Notes under the pieces: generated by a model
Database searches by the model: none
What the model was told of the DNA's origin: nothing
What the model saw: the letters and a program-made list of their open reading frames with translations, nothing else
Assembly: GCA_030599585.1 (NCBI GenBank)
Contig: JAUVNS010000019.1
Coordinates: 16,404-80,403, forward strand
Direction of reading: 5' to 3'
Source: Promethearchaeota archaeon
GTDB lineage: Archaea; Asgardarchaeota; Lokiarchaeia; Sigyniarchaeales; SOKP01
Length of the DNA stretch: 64,000 bases
Part shown: positions 1 through 9,541 of the stretch, one piece after another
Position numbering within the stretch: position 1 is the stretch's first letter
Layout: each line of letters begins with the position of its first letter
Position numbers and translations under genes: made by a program

Positions 1-1
1 A

Positions 2-1426
2 AAAAGTGCAATAACATCTATCGACATTTCACCAACCGGAGAATATATTGTGAGTGGTTTAGAAGATAATTCCATTAATATCTGGAATTTGAAAAAAGGA
101 AAACTTATTTTTACACTTGAGGGCCATAAAGAAGCCGTAAATTCAGTTGCTTTTTCGCCTGATGGAGAATATATTGCGAGTGGTTCTAAAGATCAGACGG
201 TTAAAATTTGGAAAGTTGATACTGGTGAACTAGATTATACATTTGAAAAAATTAATAGCTCAGTCACATCAGTATCATTTTCTACTGATGGTTTATATAT
301 TGCTTGTGGTACAGAAGATAATTTTATTCGAATATGGGATTTCATTGAAAAGTACCAAACATCCTATTATTACTTATCAAAAGTTAATTCAGCAAAATTT
401 ATTCCAAATACAAATCAAATTATTGCAGGTTATGATTCAGGTGACGTTTTAGTCTGGGATTTATTAATGGAAGAACATGAAAAACTTCTAAAAGAGCTTC
501 GAAGCAAATTAAAGAATGTAGAGGACTTAATCGTTAAAAATAATTATTCAGAAGCTATTGAACAATTGGACATTGTTTTGGAAACTGCAGATGTATTTAA
601 TTTTGAAGATATTAAAGCAGTTGCGTACGAAAAACTAAAAAATTTAAGAGATCCAGAAGAATCTTTAAAAAATGTCAAAAAGATATTAGAATTTGAATTC
701 GAAAACCAGAGAAATATAAGTAAAGCTGAGATGGTTAACCAACTCAAGATAGAAATATCAGAAACAGAATATTATGAAAATTTAATAGCAAATCCTGTAG
801 ATTATGAAGCCTCTGAAACAGAACATCTAGAAAATTTAGGAACGAAAATATTACAAGAATTACTTAATCCTACATTGTATGCTTTAGTAATACAAAAGGA
901 ATATAATTTGATCACCGCAAAAAAAATAGGTAGATTCCTTCAAGATCAAGGCTTTATTAAAGAATTTAGAAATTATCCTCTTGATGGAGAAAAGTTTAAG
1001 TCGACAAGTGAGAAATTAGAAGATTTGATAGTATTTGTGAGCTATGCCACTACAGACGCGGAAACATTCAATATTAAAGAATTATCAAAGAGATTAAAAT
1101 CTTATGAAGAAATTAAAGAAGTCTTATATTGGCAAGAACACATGACAGATAATATTACGTTATTTATGAGTGATAGCTGTGATAAATGTGATGTAATGAT
1201 TCTTTTTTGTTCTGAAAGTGCTCGAAGTTCTAAAGCTGTCGACAAGGAATGGACGGCCGCAGATATGATGGGTAAACCCATAATTCCTATATTTTTAAAC
1301 TCTGATCATATCCCTCCACTTCTAAGATCAAGATTAGGATTTGAATTTGATTTAATGGATTTCGAAAAAAATGTGGTACAGATTTATAACTTGATAATGA
1401 AAAAATCTGGACGCCGTGTTAATTAG
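2..1426 (+). CDS. WD40-repeat + C-terminal TIR domain protein (5' end lies outside the window)
   Basis: The frame is open from base 2 (KSAITSIDISPTGEYIVSG..., itself a WD40 blade), so the GTG at 50 is not the real start. WD40 repeats: GHKEAVNSVAFSPDGEYIASGSKDQTVKIWK and VTSVSFSTDG...IRIWD. C-terminal TIR: IVFVSYA...DVMILFCSESARSSKAVDKEW...PIIPIF, with the Glu at the catalytic position retained. Confidence 0.88.
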   Translation, partial: KSAITSIDISPTGEYIVSGLEDNSINIWNLKKGKLIFTLEGHKEAVNSVAFSPDGEYIASGSKDQTVKIWKVDTGELDYTFEKINSSVTSVSFSTDGLYIACGTEDNFIRIWDFIEKYQTSYYYLSKVNSAKFIPNTNQIIAGYDSGDVLVWDLLMEEHEKLLKELRSKLKNVEDLIVKNNYSEAIEQLDIVLETADVFNFEDIKAVAYEKLKNLRDPEESLKNVKKILEFEFENQRNISKAEMVNQLKIEISETEYYENLIANPVDYEASETEHLENLGTKILQELLNPTLYALVIQKEYNLITAKKIGRFLQDQGFIKEFRNYPLDGEKFKSTSEKLEDLIVFVSYATTDAETFNIKELSKRLKSYEEIKEVLYWQEHMTDNITLFMSDSCDKCDVMILFCSESARSSKAVDKEWTAADMMGKPIIPIFLNSDHIPPLLRSRLGFEFDLMDFEKNVVQIYNLIMKKSGRRVN

Positions 1427-1497
1427 TAATTAATAAAGAAGTTTTAATATTCATTTAACATATTTGTACATTTTAAATTAAAAGAGCGGAATCAAAA

Positions 1498-3228
1498 ATG
1501 GAAGAAAATTTACATTTTGTATATGAGAAAGAGTATTGGTATATTAGCGCATTTATTAATACAAATGAATTTATTGGTGAGACAAAAGCAGAGGAAATCG
1601 AAGCGTTATTATTAGAAAAGCTAAAAAATCTCAGTGAAGTCGATTTAAAAAAAGCATATAATTTTTTAGAAAAATACCCTAAACCTGAAGAAAAAAAAAA
1701 GGTTTTGGAAAATATGGCTAAATCAATTACTATTGAGTGCGATTGGGAGCCTTTTTTCCAAAATTTTCCCTATACAGACGAAAATAATCCTTATACGGAA
1801 GATAATAAGGATTTAACTTATAATACTTTAGGTTATTTTAAATTGGAAGTAGAATATTTTAGAAACGAGCCTTTTCAAAAGGAAACTTTAACTCCAGATT
1901 TAATACAGCAAATCCCTTTTATTGCTATTGATATCCTTAAGAAATTTAGCAAAAGAAAAGAAAATCAATTTCTTCTCCTTGATATTGAAAGTCCAATTTA
2001 TGTGTTTGTGATATCTAAGAAATTAAAGCCAATGGAAGTTCAATGGACAGAAGAAAACATAAACAAATATAAAAAAAGCATTGGAACATGGACACAAATA
2101 TATTCAGGTCAGTGGACAGACTATTCTGATGAACTTTTTGAACGAAGAACTAAAAAGAACCTCTCTAATCGCGTAACAGAATTACACTACATTCAAAGAA
2201 ATTCTGGATTTATTTATATGGTACAAAAGAATTACGAAACAGAATTTGAATACATCAATCAAATGATTTTAAATCCAACTCCTCAAATAAGAGCTGTTCT
2301 TTTTGCTCTCATGTCAATTAATAACTCTCTTGACATATTATTTATGAAAAGGTACTCCGATGTTTTTATGAGCTTGGAACAAATTGAGGAAAAAACAAAG
2401 AATCTAAGATTTTTAAGAGGAATGATCCAAACAAAGATGAGCCTTATCTACAGTGAATTAGATTGGAATCCAAGAGAACATTACGTTAGGGTTTTGACTC
2501 ATTTATTAAAGATATTTCGAATAGAGGTTATAATTGAAAGAGTTAATGATAAATTTAAAACTCTTTATGACACGCTACAGGAACTATATACTAAAAGGCA
2601 TGAAGAAAATCAAAAAAATACTAAGAGGGCAGTTAATTTCTTGGGTATCTTATTTGGTGCCGGATTCATATTAGAATTTGCTAATTCATTAAGAATTACA
2701 TTTGGATTAAGAGAAGAAGATCAACCAACTCCACTAGTACATGCATTATTAACAAGCGTTCTAGGCATAGGATTTGTTGTATTATTAGCATACTTTATTT
2801 ATGGTAAAGTAAAAACTAAAAGTCTAGATTATGGCCATACTGTTGATGCTGTTATTCAAGTCGACGATCGAAATATAATTTTAGTTAAAAGAAGATACGC
2901 TCCTTATAAAGATAAATACGCCCTTCCTGGTGGATTTATTAAATATAATGAGAATCCAGCGCAAGCAATATTAAGGGAAGTTCGTGAAGAAACCAATCTT
3001 GCCGTGAAAATAATAAGTAAAATTGGTACATATGATCAAAAAGGAAGAGATCCTAGGGGAAAAATTGTTTCTACTGCATTTAAGTGTCGTCTTGTTAAAG
3101 ATCTTTCAATGTTACAAGAGGGAGATGATGCCTTAAGAGTAAAGATTATTCCAATTGAACAACTTAAAAATCTAGAGTTGGCATTCGATCACAACCAAAT
3201 CTTAAGAGACGCTGGAGTTTTAAAGTAA
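1498..3228 (+). CDS. Membrane protein: soluble N-domain (CorA-like, tentative) + 2 TM + C-terminal NUDIX hydrolase (ADP-ribose pyrophosphatase-like), paralog 1
   Basis: Nudix box GFIKYNENPAQAILREVREETNL, plus RDPRG and LAFDH motifs. Two hydrophobic helices (AVNFLGILFGAGFILEFA; ALLTSVLGIGFVVLLAYFIY) follow a long stalk-like helix. Confidence 0.8.
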   Translation: MEENLHFVYEKEYWYISAFINTNEFIGETKAEEIEALLLEKLKNLSEVDLKKAYNFLEKYPKPEEKKKVLENMAKSITIECDWEPFFQNFPYTDENNPYTEDNKDLTYNTLGYFKLEVEYFRNEPFQKETLTPDLIQQIPFIAIDILKKFSKRKENQFLLLDIESPIYVFVISKKLKPMEVQWTEENINKYKKSIGTWTQIYSGQWTDYSDELFERRTKKNLSNRVTELHYIQRNSGFIYMVQKNYETEFEYINQMILNPTPQIRAVLFALMSINNSLDILFMKRYSDVFMSLEQIEEKTKNLRFLRGMIQTKMSLIYSELDWNPREHYVRVLTHLLKIFRIEVIIERVNDKFKTLYDTLQELYTKRHEENQKNTKRAVNFLGILFGAGFILEFANSLRITFGLREEDQPTPLVHALLTSVLGIGFVVLLAYFIYGKVKTKSLDYGHTVDAVIQVDDRNIILVKRRYAPYKDKYALPGGFIKYNENPAQAILREVREETNLAVKIISKIGTYDQKGRDPRGKIVSTAFKCRLVKDLSMLQEGDDALRVKIIPIEQLKNLELAFDHNQILRDAGVLK

Positions 3229-3247
3229 TAAAATAAACTATCATCTA

Positions 3248-3369
3248 TTTTTTTTTTTGAAAAAATTGCAAAATTAATAACATTGAAGATAAAATACGAA
3301 AAAAAAAAATTCAGTATTTTAAGAATTAGGAAGTAGGAGTTAAATTTTAAATTTATTGAATAAAAAAAA
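3248..3369. terminator. Oligo-T/oligo-A tracts between convergent genes (probable bidirectional archaeal terminators)
   Basis: T11 at 3248-3258 follows the + strand stop. A11 at 3299-3309 and A8 at 3362-3369 follow the - strand stop. Confidence 0.5.
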
Positions 3370-3383
3370 TTAAGCAAAATAAG

Positions 3384-5063
3384 TTAATTCAGTAAATTTG
3401 CGTCTTCTAATATTTTTTTGTGATCAAAGGCTAATTCAATGTCCTTAAGCTGGTTTTTAGGTATAAGTAGTACGTTTTTAGAATCATCACCGCTTCTCAT
3501 TTTCGTGATATCTCCAATAATTGAACATTTATAAACTGTTGAATGTACACTGCCTCTGGGATCTCGTCCTTCTTCAGTATATAAGCCAATTTTATGTAGA
3601 ATTTTCACATCTAAATTAGTTTCTTCTTTGACTTCTCTTACTAATGCCCTAATCGCACTCTCGCCCTTTTCTATAAACCCTCCGGGTAATGCGTAGTAAT
3701 CTTGAAAAGGAGGATATTTTCTTTTTATCAAAATTACATTACCTGCGTTATCCTCAATTACTGCATCAACTGTCTTTCTGATATCAGCCTTCTTCATTTG
3801 TATACGGTTGTTCAGATAATATCCTATTGTTGTTATTAGTATCCCGATTATAACGATTGCTATCGAACCATTTAGTATGGATGTAAATAAGTTTCCCTTT
3901 TGTAAATTTAGCGAAATCACAATCACGGCCGCTAAATCAGCTAAAATTCCTGCTCCGAAAAGTAAATTTAATAAGTTTAATCCACTTTCAGTTCTTTCTT
4001 GGTTCTCGTCATTCTTTACATGATACAAGTCTTGCATTACATCGTAAATTGAACTAAACTTTTGATTTATTCGTTCTACTATATTCACTATTTCAAATTC
4101 AGCTAATAGATGTTTCAATACGCTCGAATAATGTTGTCTTCTATTATAATCTAGCTCGTTATATATTACGCTAAGGGTAGTTTGAATCATTCCCCTCAAT
4201 AATCTTAAGTTCCTAATTTTTTGTTCTATTATTTTTACTCCTTGAAATGCTTGTGTTTGAGTTTTTAGGAACAATAAGTCCAACGATTCATTTATTGAGC
4301 GTAAAGCAAAAAATACAGCCCTAAGTTTTGGGGTAGGAAATATAACATATTCCTTCATGTAGGATTCAAAGAATTTTTCATAATTTTCCTCAGCCATATA
4401 AATAAAACCAGAGTTTCTTCTTAAGAAGTGTAATTCTGAAAGTCGATTGGATAAATTATTTTCAATTCTCTTGTTAAATAATGTTTCAGAATAATCTTCC
4501 CATTGACCTGAATAGATTTCAGTCCAATTAGCGATCACTTTTTTATATTTTTCGATATTATAGGGATTCCAAACGATGTCCTTTGGTTCGCTTTTGTTAG
4601 AAGTCACAAACACATAAATAGGGCTTTCAGTATCAAGCTGAATGCCTTCATTTTCAGACTTATAGTTATACTCTTTGAGGATATCTAGAACAAGAATGGG
4701 AATTTGTTGTATTAAAAGGGGTTTTAACGATTTTTTCCTCGATGGATCTTCTTTGTAATGTTCTACTTCGAATTGGAAATATCCTAATGTATTAAAGCCT
4801 TTCTCAGAATTTTCATCCTTAAAAAGGAAATTAGATAAGCTCTTAACCCAATTGCATTTAATAGATACATGTTTTATTAGTTCAAGGATTTCATATTTAA
4901 GATCTTGTCGATAAATATCTTTTTCCTCTAAATTTTTAAACCTAAATTTTATTATATCCTCGATTTCCTTACTTTTTGCCTTTGTGTTAATATTAACGCC
5001 GTCTATGAAAGCACTAACAAACCAAAACTCTTCTTTATAAATAAATTGTAGAGGTTCATTCAA
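3384..5063 (-). CDS. Membrane protein: CorA-like N-domain + 2 TM + NUDIX hydrolase, paralog 2
   Basis: Colinear similarity with 1498..3228: NTLGYF, W(T)xIYSGQWxDYS, NLSNRxxELH, RNSGFIYM, LRGMIQT, LFGAG. Nudix box GFIEKGESAIRALVREVKEETNL, RDPRG, LAFDH. The TTG start is supported by the N-terminal alignment with paralog 1. Confidence 0.8.
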   Translation of the reverse strand: MNEPLQFIYKEEFWFVSAFIDGVNINTKAKSKEIEDIIKFRFKNLEEKDIYRQDLKYEILELIKHVSIKCNWVKSLSNFLFKDENSEKGFNTLGYFQFEVEHYKEDPSRKKSLKPLLIQQIPILVLDILKEYNYKSENEGIQLDTESPIYVFVTSNKSEPKDIVWNPYNIEKYKKVIANWTEIYSGQWEDYSETLFNKRIENNLSNRLSELHFLRRNSGFIYMAEENYEKFFESYMKEYVIFPTPKLRAVFFALRSINESLDLLFLKTQTQAFQGVKIIEQKIRNLRLLRGMIQTTLSVIYNELDYNRRQHYSSVLKHLLAEFEIVNIVERINQKFSSIYDVMQDLYHVKNDENQERTESGLNLLNLLFGAGILADLAAVIVISLNLQKGNLFTSILNGSIAIVIIGILITTIGYYLNNRIQMKKADIRKTVDAVIEDNAGNVILIKRKYPPFQDYYALPGGFIEKGESAIRALVREVKEETNLDVKILHKIGLYTEEGRDPRGSVHSTVYKCSIIGDITKMRSGDDSKNVLLIPKNQLKDIELAFDHKKILEDANLLN

Positions 5064-5161
5064 TGTGGTTCCACTTTAAAAATATTATAAATTCAATTAA
5101 ATTATATTAAATATTAATTACTTTTGATTATTTAAGAACTTCACAATATATATTGAAGAAA

Positions 5162-6103
5162 ATGTCAGTCAAACAGATACAAGAAGAAATTTTAAAACTT
5201 AAAAAGGAACAAGATGTTCTGATCCTTGCCCACTATTATCAACCAATAGAAATTCAAGAAATTGCAGATCATTTAGGAGGTTCTTTAGGTTTGTCTCGGC
5301 TTGCGAATAAAGCAGATACAGATTATATTATATTTGCTGGCGTAGATTTTATGGCAGAAACAGCTTCCATTTTAAATCAAAATAAAAAGGTTCTGATACC
5401 AAACCCCGAGTCATGTTGCCCCATGGCAGCTTATTTAACAGCGGATAAAGTAAAAGAGTTCAGACTAAACAATCCTAATTTACCGGTAGTAGTCTACGTT
5501 AACACTACAGCAGCGGTTAAAGCTGAATCAGACATCTGCTGTACCTCTGCAAACGCAGTTGATATTGTAAAGCGAATCAGTTCAGAATTCAAAACAAAAA
5601 CAGTTCTTTTTGGACCCGATGCAAATCTAGCTGATTATGTTGAGCAAAAATCAGGAATCAAATGCATCAAAATGCCCGAAGAAGGAAATTGCTATGTGCA
5701 TTCTCAATTAACTATTGATGATATGGAAAAAATTAGAATTGCTTATCCCAATGGTGAAATATTAGTTCACCCGGAGTGTATTAGAGAAGTCAGAGAATTA
5801 GCAGATTTTGTAGGTTCTACGGGTCAAATGTATAATCGAGTAAAAAATGATACTACGGTAGAAAAAGATTTTTGCATAGGAACAGAAAAGGGTTTAATGG
5901 AAAGGATGGCACAAGACTTTCCTAAGAAGAATTTCCACCTTATTAGCGAGAAACTTCTATGTTATAATATGAAAAAGAACACGATAGAACTTATGAGATA
6001 TGTACTCGAACATTTAGACGATCCAATGTTTGAGGTAAAAGTACCTTCTGAAATTGCAGAAAGAGCACTAATACCAATTGAACGGATGTTGGAATTTTCA
6101 TAA
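5162..6103 (+). CDS. nadA: Quinolinate synthase A ([4Fe-4S])
   Basis: Motifs LAHYYQ..EIQEIAD, GVDFMAE, CPMA, YVNT, CTSANA, GPDANL, CYVH, HPEC, GSTGQM, GTEKG and CYNMKK, with the three cluster Cys present. ATG at 5162 is preferred over TTG at 5153. Confidence 0.95.
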   Translation: MSVKQIQEEILKLKKEQDVLILAHYYQPIEIQEIADHLGGSLGLSRLANKADTDYIIFAGVDFMAETASILNQNKKVLIPNPESCCPMAAYLTADKVKEFRLNNPNLPVVVYVNTTAAVKAESDICCTSANAVDIVKRISSEFKTKTVLFGPDANLADYVEQKSGIKCIKMPEEGNCYVHSQLTIDDMEKIRIAYPNGEILVHPECIREVRELADFVGSTGQMYNRVKNDTTVEKDFCIGTEKGLMERMAQDFPKKNFHLISEKLLCYNMKKNTIELMRYVLEHLDDPMFEVKVPSEIAERALIPIERMLEFS

Positions 6104-6209
6104 ATTGTTATTAATGAAGTTATTAAGAAAGAAAAGAAGATTTTGATACTTCTAAGCTATTAATTCCAGAAGAAACAGAGTTTTCTGACTTGCTTATTCT
6201 ATTATTAAT

Positions 6210-7727
6210 TCACAAATAAGATGTAATTGATGTTTGTTTTTTATTGAATAACCACTTTTTAAAATCTTTTGTAGCCTTCCAATTCCTAATTGCTCTTTTA
6301 CTTGTTGATCTCTCAAACCTTACAATATCTCTGTAGGAAACTTCTAATTTCAACATTGTAGGTTTAAATTTAAGTATCCATTCTACAAATTTCTTATATA
6401 ATTGATTATTTGAGTTAGCAATTTCTCTATGGGTGCTTTCATAATATCTTACATCATCTTGTGAGTAATCTGAAAAATACCTATAGTTTTGCTCATCCCA
6501 AAAAAATCTAGATACTTCTTCAGAGAATTCTTTAATGGAGCAATTTGTAAGTTTCAAAATTGTTAAAGATTCCATTTCATTCATAAAATCAGGGATTTTA
6601 GTTATTTTAGCATTTCCAGATAAGTCTAATTGTTCTAATTTTGTTAATTCTTTAATTTCTTGTATCTCAGAAATATTGTTATTTCTAAATGATACTGACC
6701 GTAATTCTTCTAGTTTTTCCAAAGGTTTTATGCTTCTGATCTTATTGTTGTTCATATTCAAAGTTCTTAAGTTTGTGAAATTTTCGATTCCATCCAAATC
6801 TTTTATATTATTGTTACTAAGATCTAATTCTTGAATTGTTTTATAACGGTTCTCTAAATCCTCTATTTGATTTATGTCTTCAATGTTTTGATCACGCAGA
6901 TTTAATATTTGCTCATGCATCAATCCAATAATTCTGTTATCATATTTTACAGTATCTAGAGCTATTTCTTCTAAATATTTTTGATTGTTGTTTAAATAAT
7001 TAATTAACGGAAAATTTTTTTCAGTTTTCAGGCAATTAAAAATACTTGTTATGAGTTTTTTCCTATGATTTTCTGAAAAATCCTTTAGAATGTAAGAAAT
7101 TACAAAGGGAATATTGTGAATTCCCAAATTATTTTTTAAAGAACGGGTTGACCTTTGAATATATTTATCTAAATCGTTATCCTCTACTGAATCTAATATT
7201 CTTTTGAAGCTGGTTGATATTTCACCCAAAATTGGGAGTTTATTGTCATCTAGTAAGCACTCTAGCTCAACACTACTCAAGTATTTTAAATAACCACTTT
7301 GACTTAAAAATCTAATAACAGTAGAATGACCACTCGAATATCTGAGTGCAATCTCTTCCTTAAATTTTTTTTTAGCAAGAGGATCTCCTACATCAGAAAG
7401 CCTTTTCAATAATGGAAATGCTAAATTTCTATGAAGAATTCGAGTATCATAGTCATTCTCTGCCCAAACTTGAATGTTGGAGCAATGTCCAATAAATTCC
7501 TCTTCAGGAGTAATTAAATGTTGTGATCGTGAGCCCTCTAAAGATCTATCAAGAACTTCTGCCGCTTCATCGATAGAATCGATTAGATCATAATCTCTAA
7601 TTCGATCAACAGGAATATTTAACAAGAGATACATACATTGGGTAAAGATCCTATTCTTAACATAAATATTTGTTCTATTATTCTGTAATTTTAGCTTAAG
7701 GAAGTCGTTGATTTTAAATTCTCTCAC
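6210..7727 (-). CDS. Leucine-rich repeat protein with Lokiarchaeal-type conserved N-terminal domain
   Basis: LRRs (IQELDLSNNNIKDLDGIENFTNLRTLNMNNNKI...). The N-domain EFKINDFLKLKL...PEEEFIGHCSNIQVWAENDYDTRILHRNLAFPLLKRL is recognised from Loki LRR proteins. GTG at 7727 is the likely start; the ORF track extends to 7805. Confidence 0.85.
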   Translation of the reverse strand: MREFKINDFLKLKLQNNRTNIYVKNRIFTQCMYLLLNIPVDRIRDYDLIDSIDEAAEVLDRSLEGSRSQHLITPEEEFIGHCSNIQVWAENDYDTRILHRNLAFPLLKRLSDVGDPLAKKKFKEEIALRYSSGHSTVIRFLSQSGYLKYLSSVELECLLDDNKLPILGEISTSFKRILDSVEDNDLDKYIQRSTRSLKNNLGIHNIPFVISYILKDFSENHRKKLITSIFNCLKTEKNFPLINYLNNNQKYLEEIALDTVKYDNRIIGLMHEQILNLRDQNIEDINQIEDLENRYKTIQELDLSNNNIKDLDGIENFTNLRTLNMNNNKIRSIKPLEKLEELRSVSFRNNNISEIQEIKELTKLEQLDLSGNAKITKIPDFMNEMESLTILKLTNCSIKEFSEEVSRFFWDEQNYRYFSDYSQDDVRYYESTHREIANSNNQLYKKFVEWILKFKPTMLKLEVSYRDIVRFERSTSKRAIRNWKATKDFKKWLFNKKQTSITSYL

Positions 7728-7929
7728 ATTATTTCTTATAGTGGAATTGATCGAATAGATTGATAAAGCGATTAAACAACATATGATTATTTGAGAGAGT
7801 AACATGCGTCTAATGTAGGATTTTTGTGATATTGGAAATTACAAATAATAGATATTTCTCATCAATATTAAAAAAAATAGACCATGCAAATTTATCATAA
7901 AAATTACACAAAACCCGAAGAAAACTTTC

Positions 7930-9294
7930 TTAAGGTTTGATAATTGGAGTTAAACAATTAGGACAAACATCCCAATTTAATTTAATTTGGTAATTACAAT
8001 TTGGATTAGGACATTCAATTTCTTTTTCTTCTTCAAGAGAGGCTATTCTGTATGCAACACTTAAATCACTTACTGCCTCAATATCGCTCGCTTCCTTAAT
8101 CTTTAGTAATTCTTTATTCTCGAACTTTCTTCCACACCTAGCACAAATATTAGATAAATCATTTTTTAACACTGTTTTACCGCATTTAGGGCAAAATCCC
8201 CGCAATAACTTTAAACTTTGAAATAATTCGGTTTCTTTGGATTCTGAGATGGAAACTAAATTTAAATCTTCGTATCGCTCAGAATCGTTTATAATATTAT
8301 AGAGAGTATTTTTTCCGCCCTCTGCTTTTAACAATTTTTTGGATTGCAAAGCAATATCCATCAGAGAAGCCTTTGGTATACCCATCCCTAGGGCATATTT
8401 AATTATCATTTTCTCGACCAACATTTCAAATGGCTCCTTAATTCCGCTTATCTCTTGGTCTTCATCCATATCCCATATTAATTCCATTTCTAATAATTTC
8501 TCAGTTATATCTTCAGCTAAATTATCTAAATCTAAGTCAGAGATCATCTTTTCTTTTGCTATGTTTAACTCAACTATCTCGTTTATCAAATTATCTTTAA
8601 TTAATCGGATTGTAGTAACACCGAGTACATCTTCTCTGTGAAAAAAGAATTTATCCTCACCCCGACTAAACATATATAGTCCTAAATCGCCGGATAAAAG
8701 ACGATCTACATAAAAATCGATTCTTAATTTTTTTACATTATAGTGTTTACAGAATTCTGTAATTTCAAATTTAAAATCTCTTGTTAGAACAGAATTATTG
8801 TAGATGTAAAAGAGCGTAAGATATAAATCACGATTTTGCTCTATAAAAAAATAATTTTCGCCCATGTTGATAATGTTTCGAGTAATATCTGTTATTATGG
8901 AATCCGCAACGCTTATATCTTTGTAAAAGGTTTTTAATTCAGAAAGATTCGAAATGAGATCGTTTATTTCACTATAATAAAATGAGTCATCATAACCGAT
9001 ATAATCCTCACCAAGCTTTTCAGTACCTAAATCTGTTATAAAATAACGCTGTTCTTGAATGTTCTTTGAGGGATTTCTATAGATTTTTTTTTCAATTTTA
9101 TTTTTGGAGAGATGGAACTTTATATACTTAGATACTGTAGATCTACTCAAACCAGAATATTCTATAATATCTGTGAACCGCAAGGGTCCTAAATTCCTTA
9201 ATAAATAAAGAATGCGTAAATCGTTTTGATCAATTTTTTTTATTTCTGATAAAACTTTTTCTTTTACTTTAGCAGTGACCATAAATTTAGACAT
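7930..9294 (-). CDS. Winged-HTH (MarR/ArsR-like) transcription regulator with C-terminal zinc ribbons
   Basis: wHTH: ILYLLRNLGPLRFTDIIEYSGLSRSTVSKYI...RYFITDLG. Zinc ligands CPKC..CARC and CPNPNC..CPNC. Start is probably ATG 9294 or 9282 rather than TTG 9369. Confidence 0.75.
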   Translation of the reverse strand: MSKFMVTAKVKEKVLSEIKKIDQNDLRILYLLRNLGPLRFTDIIEYSGLSRSTVSKYIKFHLSKNKIEKKIYRNPSKNIQEQRYFITDLGTEKLGEDYIGYDDSFYYSEINDLISNLSELKTFYKDISVADSIITDITRNIINMGENYFFIEQNRDLYLTLFYIYNNSVLTRDFKFEITEFCKHYNVKKLRIDFYVDRLLSGDLGLYMFSRGEDKFFFHREDVLGVTTIRLIKDNLINEIVELNIAKEKMISDLDLDNLAEDITEKLLEMELIWDMDEDQEISGIKEPFEMLVEKMIIKYALGMGIPKASLMDIALQSKKLLKAEGGKNTLYNIINDSERYEDLNLVSISESKETELFQSLKLLRGFCPKCGKTVLKNDLSNICARCGRKFENKELLKIKEASDIEAVSDLSVAYRIASLEEEKEIECPNPNCNYQIKLNWDVCPNCLTPIIKP

Positions 9295-9318
9295 AAATAT
9301 AAAAAAGAAATTAAGAAA

Positions 9319-9345
9319 TTTATACTTTTGGCTATACTTATACTT
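9319..9345 (-). promoter_or_regulatory. Putative BRE/TATA promoter of the wHTH gene with three AAGTATA repeats
   Basis: Minus strand reads ...CCAAAAGTATAAA about 25 bp upstream of ATG 9294. TATACTT occurs on + at 9321, 9333 and 9339. Confidence 0.3.
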
Positions 9346-9541
9346 TAGTTTTAGATAGATTGACTCCAAAGGATTATGAATCTGGACCTTGTTTTATCAA
9401 AAAATTCATTATTAACTAACTAAACTTCAATTTAATCAAAAATACCTCTGTTTTTAATACACTTAAAAATATTATAAGAATTATACAAAAATTTAAATTT
9501 AATTAAAAATAAAACTAAAATTAAAAAGAGTGTGAAGGAGC

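Noticed and set aside
1498-5063. Calling the NUDIX proteins NrtR regulators because they neighbour nadA
   Set aside because: They lack the C-terminal wHTH of NrtR and are membrane proteins.
243-8641. Short ORFs 243..452, 544..747, 3189..3377, 6535..6834 and 8339..8641
   Set aside because: They overlap well-supported genes or terminator tracts and give low-complexity antisense translations.
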